NCBI GenBank assembly: GCA_036172245.1
Contig: JAYWIR010000181.1
Location: 1-39,643, forward strand
Direction of reading: 5' to 3'
Source: Raillietiella orientalis
Taxonomy: Eukaryota
DNA: 39,643 nt
Part shown: positions 12,001-24,000 of the stretch, piece after piece
Position numbering within the stretch: position 1 is the first letter of the stretch
How the letters are laid out: every line of letters begins with the position of its first letter
Position numbers and translations under genes: made by a program
The notes under the pieces: generated by a model
Told to the model about the DNA's origin: nothing
The model's input: the letters and a program-made list of their open reading frames with translations, nothing else
Database searches by the model: none

Positions 12001-15000
12001 CTGGTTTCAGAGGATCATTGAGAAGAGTTCGACATTTCATTAGGGCGTGGCACTTTGCATTCTGTGTTGTTTTGATGGTATCCAGTGTCGGAATTAGAAA
12101 GGCAATCGTCTCATTCGCTCTGATTGATTATTTGGTCCAAATTTGCAACTATTGAGGTTTTGTAATCAACTCGAAATCAGAAGATTTCACCATTGCCCTT
12201 TTGCGCTTCTTCACGAACCATCCATTTACAGTGAGTGGCAAACTCCCTTCATGGAGAGCCGCTGAGCCTCCCAATTTCCTGGTTTCAGAGGATCATTAAG
12301 AAGAGTTCGACATTTCATTAGGGCGTGGCACTTTGCATTCTGTGTTGTTTTGATGGTAACCAGTGTCGGAATTAGAAAGGCAATCTTCTCATTCGCTCTG
12401 ATTCATTATTTGGTCCAAATTTGCAACTATTGAGGTTTTGTAATCAACTCGAAATCAGAAGATTTCACCATTGCACTTTTGCGCCTCTTCACGAACCTTC
12501 CATTTGCAGTGAGTGCGAAATTCACGTCATGGAGAGCAGCAGAGCCTTCCAATATCCTGGTTTCAGAGGATCGTTAAGAAGAGTCCGACTTTTCATTAGG
12601 GCGTGGCACTTTGCATTCTCTGTTGTTTTCAAAGTAACCAGGGTCGGAATTTAAAGAGCAATTTTCTCCTTCGCTCTGATTCATTATTTGGTCCAAATTT
12701 GCAACTATTGAGGTTTTGTAATCAACTCGAAATCAGAAGATTTCACAATTGCACTTTTGCGCCTCTTCACGACCCTTCCATTTGCAGTGAGTGCGAAATT
12801 CACGTCATGGAGAGCACCAGGGCCTTCCAATGTCCTGGTTTCAGAGGATCGTTAAGAGTCCGACTTTTCATTAGGGCGAAACACTTTGCATTCTGTGTTG
12901 TTTTCAAAGTAACCAGGGTCGGAATTTAAAGAGCAATCTTCTCCTTCGCTTTGATACATTATTTGGTCCAAATTTGCAACTATTGAGGTTTTGTAATCAA
13001 CTCGAAATCAGAAGATTTCACCATTGCACTTTTGCGCCTCTTCACGAACCATCCATTTGCAGTGAGTGGCAAATTCCCTTCATGGAGAGCCGCAAAGCCT
13101 CCCAATTTCCTACTTTCAGAGGATCATTAAGAAGAGTTCGACATTTCATTTGGGCGTGGCACTTTGCATTCTGTGTTGTTTTGATGGTAACCAGTGACGG
13201 AATTAGAAAGGCAATCGTCTCATTCGCTCTGATTTATTATTTGGTCGAAATTTGCAACAATTGAGGTTTTGTAATCAACTCGAAATCAGAAGATTTCACC
13301 AATGCACTTTTGCGCCTCTTCACGAACCTTTAATTTGCAGTGAGTGGCAAATTCCCTTCATGGAGAGCCGCAAAGCCTCCCAATTTCCTGGTTTCAGAGA
13401 ATCATTAAGAAGAGTTCGACATTTCATTAGGGCGTGGCACTTTGGATTCTGTGTTGTTTTCATGGTAACCAGTGTCGGAATTAGAAAGGCAATCTTTTCA
13501 TTCGCTCTGATTCATTATTTGGTCCAAATTTGCAACAATTGAGGTTTTGTAATCAACTCGAAATCAGAAGATTTCACCAATGCACTTTTGCGCCTCTTCA
13601 CGAACCTTTAATTTGCAGTGAGTGGCAAATTCCCTTCATGGAGAGCCGCAAAGCCTCCCAATTTCCTGGTTTCAGAGAATCATTAAGAAGAGTTCGACAT
13701 TTCATTAGGGCGTGGCACTTTGGATTCTGTGTTGTTTTCATGGTAACCAGTGTCGGAATTAGAAAGGCAATCTTTTCATTCGCTCTGATTCATTATTTGG
13801 TCCAAATTTGCAACTATTGAGGTTTTGTAATCAACTCGAAATCAGAAGATTTCACCATTGCACTTTTGCGCCTCTTCACGAACCTTTCATTTGCAGTGAG
13901 TGGCAAACTCCCTTCATGGAGAGCCGCAAAGCCTCCCAATTTCCTGGTTTCAGAGGATCATTGAGAATCGTTCGACATTTCATTAGGGCGTGGCACTTTT
14001 GATTCTGTGTTGTTTTCATGGTAACCAGTGTCGCAATTAGAAAGGCAATCGTCTCATTCGCTCTGATTTATTATTTGGTCGAAATTTGCAACTATTGAGG
14101 TTTTGTAATCAACTCGGAATCAGAAGATTTCACCATTGCACTTTTGCGCCTCTTCACGAACCTTTCATTTGCAGTGAGTGGCAAATTCCCTTCATGGAGA
14201 GCCGCAAAGCCTCCCAATTTCCTGGTTTCAGAGGTTCATTAAGAAGAGTTCGACATTTCTTTAGGGCGTGGCACTTTGCATTCTGTGTTGTTTTCATGGT
14301 AACCAGTGTCGGAATTAGAAAGGCAATCTTCTCATTCGCTCTGATTCATTATTTGGTCCAAATTTGCAACTCTTGAGGTTTTGTAATCAACTCGGAATCA
14401 GAAGATTTCACCATTGCACTTTTGCGCCTCTTCACGAACCATCCATTTACGGTGAGTGGCAAACTCCCTTCATTGAGAGCCGCAGAGCCTCCCAATTTCC
14501 TGGTTTCAGAGGATCATTAAGAAGAGTTCGACATTTCATTTGGGCGTGGCACTTTGCATTCTGTGTTGTTTTGATGGTAACCAGTGACGGAATTAGAAAG
14601 GGAATCGTCTCATTCGCTCTGATTTATTATTTGGTCGAAATTTGCAACTATTGAGGTTTTGTAATCAACTCGAAATCAGAAGATTTCACCATTGCACTTT
14701 TGCGCCTCTTCACGAACCTTCCATTTGCAGTGAGTGCGAAATTCACGTCATGGAGAGCCGCAAAGCCTCCCAATTTCCTGGTTTCAGAGGTTCATTAAGA
14801 AGAGTTCGACATTTCTTTAGGGCGTGGCACTTTGCATTCTGTGTTGTTTTCATGGTAACCAGTGTCGGAATTAGAAAGGCAATCTTCTCATTCGCTCTGA
14901 TTCATTGTTTGGTCCAAATTTGCAACTATTGAGGTTTTGTAATCAACTCGAAATCAGAAGATTTCACCATTGCACTTTTGCGCCTCTTCACGAACCTTCC

Positions 15001-18000
15001 ATTTGCAGTGAGTGCGAAATTCACGTCATGGAGAGCCGCAAAGCCTCCCAATTTCCTGGTTTCAGAGGTTCATTAAGAAGAGTTCGACATTTCTTTAGGG
15101 CGTGGCACTTTGCATTCTGTGTTGTTTTCATGGTAACCAGTGTCGGAATTAGAAAGGCAATCTTCTCATTCGCTCTGATTCATTATTTGGTCCAAATTTG
15201 CAACTATTGAGGTTTTGTAATCAACTCGAAATCAGAAGATTTCACCATTGCACTTTTGCGCCTCTTCACGAACCTTTCATTTGCAGTGAGTGGCAAATTC
15301 CCTTCATGGAGAGCCGCAAAGCCTCCCAATTTCCTGGTTTCAGAGGTTCATTAAGAAGAGTTCGACATTTCTTTAGGGCGTGGCACTTTGCATTCTGTGT
15401 TGTTTTCATGGTAACCAGTGTCGGAATTAGAAAGGCAATCTTCTCATTCGCTCTGATTCATTATTTGGTCCAAATTTGCAACTATTGAGGTTTTGTAATC
15501 AACTCGGAATCAGAAGATTTCACCATTGCACTTTTGCGCCTCTTCACGAACCATCCATTTACGGTGAGTGGCAAACTCCCTTCATGGAAGGCCGCAGAGC
15601 CTCCCAATTTCCTGGTTTCAGAGGATCATTAAGAAGAGTTCGACATTTTATTAGGGCGTGGCACTTTGCATTGTGTGTTGTTTTCATGGTAACCAGTGTC
15701 GGATTTTGAAAGGAAATCTGCTCCTTCGCTCTGATTCATTATTTACTTGTAATTTGCAACTATTGAGGTTTTGTAATCAACTCGAAATCAGAAGATTTCA
15801 CCATTGCACTTTTGCGCCTCTTCACGAACCTTTCATTTGCAGTGAGTGGCAAATTCCTTTCATGGAGATCCGCAAAGCCTCCCAATTTCGTGGTTTCAGA
15901 GCATCATTGAGAAGAGTTCGACATTTCATTATGGCGTGGCACTTTGCATTCTGTGTTGTTTCGATGGTAACCAGTGTCGGAATTAGAAAGGCAATCGTCT
16001 CATTCGCTCTGATTGATTATTTGGTCCAAATTTGCAACTATTGAGGTTTTGTAATCAACTCGAAATCAGAAGATTTCACCATTGCCCTTGTGCGCTTCTT
16101 CACGAACCATCCATTTACAGTGAGTGGCAAACTCCCTTCATGGAGAGCCGCAGAGCCTCCCAATTTCCTGGTTTCAGAGGATCATTAAGAAGAGTTCGAC
16201 ATTTCATTAGGGCGTGGCACTTTTGATTCTGTGTTGTTTTCATGGTAACCAGTGTCGGAATTAGAAAGGCAATCTGCTCCTTCGCTCTGATTCATTATTT
16301 ACTTGTAATTTGCAACTATTGAGGTTTTGTAATCAACTCCAAATCAGAAGATTTCCCCATTACAGTTTTGCGCCTCTTCACGATCCATCCATTTACGGTG
16401 AGTGGCAAACTCCCTTCATTGAGAGCCGCAGAGCCTCCCAATTTCCTGGTTTCAGAGGATCATTAAGAAGAGTTCGACATTTCATTTGGGCGTGGCACTT
16501 TGCATTCTGTGTTGTTTTGATGGTAACCAGTGACGGAATTAGAAAGGGAATCGTCTCATTCGCTCTGATTTATTATTTGGTCGAAATTTGCAACTATTGA
16601 GGTTTTGTAATCAACTCGAAATCAGAAGATTTCACCATTGCACTTTTGCGCCTCTTCACGAACCTTCCATTTGCAGTGAGTGCGAAATTCACGTCATGGA
16701 GAGCCGCAAAGCCTCCCAATTTCCTGGTTTCAGAGGTTCATTAAGAAGAGTTCGACATTTCTTTAGGGCGTGGCACTTTGCATTCTGTGTTGTTTTCATG
16801 GTAACCAGTGTCGGAATTAGAAAGGCAATCTTCTCATTCGCTCTGATTCATTATTTGGTCCAAATTTGCAACTATTGAGGTTTTGTAATCAACTCGAAAT
16901 CAGAAGATTTCACCATTGCACTTTTGCGCCTCTTCACGAACCTTCCATTTGCAGTGAGTGGCAAATTCCCTTCATGGAGAGCCGCAAAGCCTCCCAATTT
17001 CCTGGTTTCAGAGGTTCATTAAGAAGAGTTCGACATTTCATTAGGGCGTGGCACTTTGCATTCTGTGTTGTTTTCATGGTAACCAGTGTCGGAATTAGAA
17101 AGGCAATCTTCTCATTCGCTCTGATTCATTATTTGGTCCAAATTTGCAACTATTGAGGTTTTGTAATCAACTCGAAATCAGAAGATTTCACCATTGCACT
17201 TTTGCGCCTCTTCACGAACCTTTCATTTGCAGTGAGTGGCAAATTCCCTTCATGGAGAGCCGCAAAGCCTCCCAATTTCCTGGTTTCAGAGGTTCATTAA
17301 GAAGAGTTCGACATTTCTTTAGGGCGTGGCACTTTGCATTCTGTGTTGTTTTCATGGTAACCAGTTTCGGAATTAGAAAGGCAATCTTCTCATTCGCTCT
17401 GATTCATTATTTGGTCCAAATTTGCAACTATTAAGGTTTTGTAATCAACTCGGAATCAGAAGATTTCACCATTGCACTTTTGCGCCTCTTCACGAACCAT
17501 CCATTTACGGTGAGTGGCAAACTCCCTTCATGGAAGGCCGCAGAGCCTCCCAATTTCCTGGTTTCAGAGGATCATTAAGAAGAGTTCGACATTTTATTAG
17601 GGCGTGGCACTTTGCATTGTGTGTTGTTTTCATGGTAACCAGTGTCGGATTTTGAAAGGAAATCTGCTCCTTCGCTCTGATTCATTATTTACTTGTAATT
17701 TGCAACTATTGAGGTTTTGTAATCAACTCGAAATCAGAAGATTTCACCATTGCACTTTTGCGCCTCTTCACGAACCTTTCATTTGCAGTGAGTGGCAAAT
17801 TCCTTTCATGGAGATCCGCAAAGCCTCCCAATTTCGTGGTTTCAGAGCATCATTGAGAAGAGTTCGACATTTCATTATGGCGTGGCACTTTGCATTCTGT
17901 GTTGTTTTGATGGTAACCAGTGTCGGAATTAGAAAGGCAATCGTCTCATTCGCTCTGATTGATTATTTGGTCCAAATTTGCAACTATTGAGGTTTTGTAA

Positions 18001-21000
18001 TCAACTCGAAATCAGAAGATTTCACCATTGCCCTTGTGCGCTTCTTCACGAACCATCCATTTACAGTGAGTGGCAAACTCCCTTCATGGAGAGCCGCAGA
18101 GCCTCCCAATTTCCTGGTTTCAGAGGATCATTAAGAAGAGTTCGACATTTCATTAGGGCGTGGCACTTTTGATTCTGTGTTGTTTTCATGGTAACCAGTG
18201 TCGGAATTAGAAAGGCAATCTGCTCCTTCGCTCTGATTCATTATTTACTTGTAATTTGCAACTATTGAGGTTTTGTAATCAACTCCAAATCAGAAGATTT
18301 CCCCATTACAGTTTTGCGCCTCTTCACGATCCATCCATTTGCAGTGAGTGGCAAATGCCTTTCATGGAGAGCCGCAAAGCCTCCCAATTTCCTGGTTACA
18401 GAGGTTCATTAAGAAGAGTTCGACATTTCTTTAGGGCGTGGCACTTTGCATTCTGTGTTGTTTTCATGGTAACCAGTGTCGGAATTAGAAAGGCAATCTT
18501 CTCATTCGCTCTGATTCATTATTTGGTCCAAATTGGCAACTATTAAGGTTTTGTAATCAACTCGAAATCAGAAGATTTCACCATTGCACTTTTGCGCCTC
18601 TTCACGAACCTTTCAATTGCAGTGAGTGGCAAAATTATTTCAAGGAGAGCCGCAAAGCCTCCCAATTTCCTGGTTTCAGAGGATTATTAAGAAGAGTTCG
18701 ACATTTCTTTAGGGCGTGGCACTTTGCATTCTGTGTTGTTTTCATGGTAACCAGTGTCGGAATTAGAAAGGCAATCTTCTCATTCGCTCTGATTCATTAT
18801 TTGGTCCAAATTTGCAACTATTGAGGTTTTGTAATCAACTCGAAATCAGAAGATTTCACCATTGCACTTTTGCGCCTCTTCACGAACCTTTCATTTGCAG
18901 TGAGTGGCAAATTCCCTTCATGGAGAGCCGCAAAGCCTCCCAATTTCCTGGTTTCAGAGGTTCATTAAGAAGAGTTCGACATTTCTTTAGGGCGTGGCAC
19001 TTTGCATTCTGTGTTGTTTTCATGGTAACCAGTTTCGGAATTAGAAAGGCAATCTTCTCATTCGTTCTGATTCATTATTTGGTCCAAATTTGCAACTATT
19101 GAGGTTTTGTAATCAACTCGAAATCAGAAGATTTCACCATTGCACTTTTGCGCCTCTTCACGAACCTTTCATTTGCAGTGAGTGGCAAATTCCTTTCATG
19201 GAGATCCGCAAAGCCTCCCAATTTCGTGGTTTCAGAGCATCATTGAGAAGAGTTCGACATTTCATTATGGCGTGGCACTTTGCATTCTGTGTTGTTTTGA
19301 TGGTAACCAGTGTCGGAATTAGAAAGGCAATCGTCTCATTCGCTCTGATTGATTATTTGGTCCAAATTTGCAACTATTGAGGTTTTGTAATCAACTCGAA
19401 ATCAGAAGATTTCACCATTGCCCTTGTGCGCTTCTTCACGAACCATCCATTTACAGTGAGTGGCAAACTCCCTTCATGGAGAGCCGCAGAGCCTCCCAAT
19501 TTCCTGGTTTCAGAGGATCATTAAGAAGAGTTCGACATTTCATTAGGGCGTGGCACTTTTGATTCTGTGTTGTTTTCATGGTAACCAGTGTCGGAATTAG
19601 AAAGGCAATCTGCTCCTTCGCTCTGATTCATTATTTACTTGTAATTTGCAACTATTGAGGTTTTGTAATCAATTCTTAATCAGAAGATTTCCCCATTACA
19701 GTTTTGCGCCTCTTCACGAACCATCCATTTACAGTGAGTGGCAAACTCCCTTCATGGAGAGCCGCAGAGCCTCCCAATTTCCTGGTTTCAGAGGATCATT
19801 AAGAAGAGTTCGACATTTCATTAGGGCGTGGCACTTTTGATTCTGTGTTGTTTTGATGGTAACCAGTGTCGGAATTAGAAAGGCAATCTTCTCATTCGCT
19901 CTCATTCATTATTTGGTCCAAATTTGCAACTATTGAGGTTTTGTAATCAACTCGAAATCAGAAGATTTCACCATTGCACTTTTGCGCCTCTTCACGAACC
20001 TTCCATTTGCAGTGAGTGCGAAATTCACGTCATGGAGAGCAGCAGAGCCTTCCAATATCCTGGTTTCAGAGGATCGTTAAGAAGAGTCCGACATTTCATT
20101 AGGGCGTGGCACTTTGCATTCTCTGTTGTTTTCAAAGTAACGAGGGTCGGAATTTAAAGAGCAATCTTCTCCTTCGCTCTGATACATTATTTGGTCCAAA
20201 TTTGCAACTATTGAGGTTTTGTAATCAACTCGAAATCAGAAGATTTCACCATTGCACTTTTCCGCCTCTTCACGAACCTTTCATTTGCAGTGAGTGGCAA
20301 ATTCCCTTCATGGAGAGCCGCAAAGCCTCCCAATTTTCTAGTTTCATAGAATCATTAAGAAGAGTTCGACATTTCATTAGGGCGTGGCACTTTGCATTCT
20401 GTGTTGTTTTGATGGTAACCAGTGTCGGAATTAGAAATGCAGTCTGCTCCTTTCCTCTGATTCATTATTTACTTGTAATTTGCAACTATTGAGGTTTTGT
20501 AATCAACTCGAAATCAGAAGATTTCACCATTGCACTTTTGCGCCTCTTCACGAATTTTTCACTTGCAGTGAGTGGCAAATTCCCTTCATGGAGTGCCGCA
20601 AAGCCTCCCAATTTCCTGGTTTCAGAGGATCATTAAGAAGAGTTCGACATTTCATTGGGGCGTATCACTTTGGATTCTGTGTTGTTTTGATGGTAACCAG
20701 TGTCGGAATTAGAAAGGCAATCTTCTCATTCGCTCTGATTCATTATTTGTTCCAAATTTGCAACTATTGAGGTTTTGTAATCAACTCGAAATTAGAAGAT
20801 TTCACCATTGCACTTTTGCGCCTCTTCACGAACCTTTCATTTGCAGTGAGTGGCAAAATTCTTTCATGGAGAGCCGCAAAGCCTCAAAAATTCCTGGTTT
20901 CAGAGGATCATTAAGAAGAGTTCGACATTTCATTAGGGCGTGGCACTTTGCATTCTGTGTTGTTTTCATGGTAACCAGTGTCGGAATTAGAAAGGCAATC

Positions 21001-24000
21001 TTCTCATTCGCTCTGATTCATTATTTGGTCCAAATTTGCAACTATTGAGGCTTTGTAATCAACTCGAAATCAGAAGATTTCACTATTGCACTTTTGCGCC
21101 TCTTCACGAACCTTTCATTTGCAGTGAGTGGCAAATTCCTTTCATGGAGAGCCGCAAAGCCTCCCAATTTCCTGGTTTCAGAGGATCATTAAGAAGAGTT
21201 CGACATTTGATTAGGGCGTGGCACTTTGCATTCTGTGTTGTTTTCATGGTAACCAGTGTCGGAATTAGAAAGGCAATCTTCTCATTCGCTCTGATTCATT
21301 ATTTGGTCCAAATTTGCAACTATTGAGGCTTTGTAATCAACTCGCAATCAGAAGATTTCACCATTGCACTTTTGCGCCTGTTCACGAACCATCCATTTGC
21401 AGTGAGTGGCAAATTCCCTTCATAGAGAGCCGCAAAGCCCCCTAATTTCCTAGTTACAGAGAATCATTAAGAAGAGTTCGACATTTCATTAGGGCGTGGC
21501 ACTTTGCATTCTGTGTTGTTTTGATGGTAACCAGTGTCGGAATTAGAAAGGAATTCTTCTCAATCGCTCTGATTCATTATTTGGTCCAAATTTGCAACTA
21601 TTGAGGTTTTGTAATCAACTCGAAATCAGAAGATTTCACCATTGCACTTTTGCGCCTCTTCACGAACCTTCCATTTGCAGTGAGTGCGAAATTCACGTCA
21701 TGGAGAGCAGCAGAGCCTTCCAATATCGTGGTTTCAGAGGATCGTAAAGAAGAGTCCGACTTTTCATTAGGGCGTGGCACTTTGCATTCTCTGTTGTTTT
21801 CAAAGTAACCAGGGTCGGAATTTAAAGAGCAATCTTCTCCTTCGCTCTGATACATTATTTGGTCCAAATTTGCAACTACTGAGGTTTTGTAATCAACTCG
21901 AAATCAGAAGATTTCACCATTGCACTTTTGCGCGTCTTCACGAACCATCCATTTGCAGTGAGTGGCAAATTCCCTTCATGGAGAGCCGCAAAGCCTCCCA
22001 ATTTCCTAGTTACAGAGAATCATTAAGAAGAGTTCGACATTTCATTAGAGCGTGGCACTTAGCATTCTGTGTTGTTTTGATGGTAACCAGTGTCGGAATT
22101 AGAAATGCAATCTTTTCATTCGCTCTGATTCATTATTTGGTCCAAATTTGCAACTATTGAGGCTTTGTAATCAACTCGCAATCAGAAGATTTCACCATTG
22201 AACTTTTGCGCCTCTTCACGAACCATCCATTTACGGTGAGTGGCAAACTCCCTTCATGGAGAGCCGCAGAGCCTCCCAATTTCCTGGTTTCAGAGGATCA
22301 TTAAGAAGAGTTCGACATTTCATTAGGGCGTGGCACTTTGCATTGTGTGTTGTTTTCATGGTAACCAGTGTCGGATTTAGAAAGGCAATCTGCTCCTTCG
22401 CTCTGATTCATTATTTACTTGTAATTTGCAACTATTGAGGTTTTGTAATCAACTCGAAATCAGAAGATTTCACCATTGCACTTTTGCGCCTCTTCACGAA
22501 CCTTTCATTTGCAGTGAGTGGCAAATTCCTTTCATGGAGATCCGCAAAGCCTCCCAATTTCGTGGTTTCAGAGGATCATTGAGAAGAGTTCGACATTTCA
22601 TTAGGGCGTGGCACTTTGCATTCTGTGTTGTTTTGATGGTAACCAGTGTCGGAATTAGAAAGGCAATCTTCTCATTCGCTCTGATTCATTATTTGGTCCA
22701 AATTTGCAACTACTGAGGTTTTGTAATCAACTCGAAATCAGAAGATTTCACCATTGCACTTTTGCGCGTCTTCACGAACCATCCATTTGCAGTGAGTGGC
22801 AAATTCCCTTCATGGAGAGCCGCAAAGCCTCCCAATTTCCTAGTTACAGAGAATCATTAAGAAGAGTTCGACATTTCATTAGGGCGTGGCACTTTGCATT
22901 CTGTGTTGTTTTGATGGTAACCAGTGTCGGAATTAGAATGGAATTCTTCTCATTCGCTCTGATTCATTATTTGGTCCAAATTTGCAACTATTGAGGTTTT
23001 GTAATCAACTCGAAATCAGAAGATTTCACCATTGCACTTTTGCGCCTCTTCACGAACCTTCCATTTGCAGTGATTGCGAAATTCACCTCATGGAGAGCAG
23101 CAGAGCCTTCCAATATCCTGGTTTCAGAAAATCGTTAAGAAGTGTCCGACTTTTCATTAGGGCGTGGCACTTTTCATTCTCTGTTGTTTTCAAAGTAACC
23201 AGGGTCGGAATTTAAAGAGCAATCTTCTCCTTCGCTCCGATACATTATTTGGTCCAAATTTGCAACTATTGAGGTTTTGTAATCAACTCGAAATCAGAAG
23301 ATTTCACCATTGCACTTTTGCGCCTCTTCACGAACCTTTCATTTGCAGTGAGTGGCAAAATTCTTTTATGGAGAGCAGCAAAGCCTCCCAATTTCCTGGC
23401 TTCAGAGGATCATTAAGAAGACTTCGACATTTCTTTAGGGCGTGGCACTTTGCATTCTGTGTTGTTTTCATGGTAACCAGTCTCGGAATTAGAAAGGCAA
23501 TCTTCTCATTCGCTCTGATTCATTATTTGGTCCAAATTTGCAACTATTGAGGTTTTGTAATCAACTCGGAATCAGAAGATTTCACCATTGCACTTTTGCG
23601 CCTCTTCACGAACCATCCATTTACGGTGAGTGGCAAACTCCCTTCATGGAGAGCCGCAGAGCCTCCCAATTTCCTGGTTTCAGAGGATCATTAAGAAGAG
23701 TTCGACATTTCATTAGGGCGTGGCACTTTGCATTGTGTGTTGTTTTCATGGTAACCAGTGTCGGATTTAGAAAGGCAATCTGCTCCTTCGCTCTGATTCA
23801 TTATTTACTTGTAATTTGCAACTATTGAGGTTTTGTAATCAACTCGAAATCAGAAGATTTCACCATTGCACTTTTGCGCCTCTTCACGAACCTTTCATTT
23901 GCAGTGAGTGGCAAATTCCTTTCATGGAGATCCGCAAAGCCTCCCAATTTCGTGGTTTCAGAGGATCATTGAGAAGAGTTCGACATTTCATTAGGGCGTG

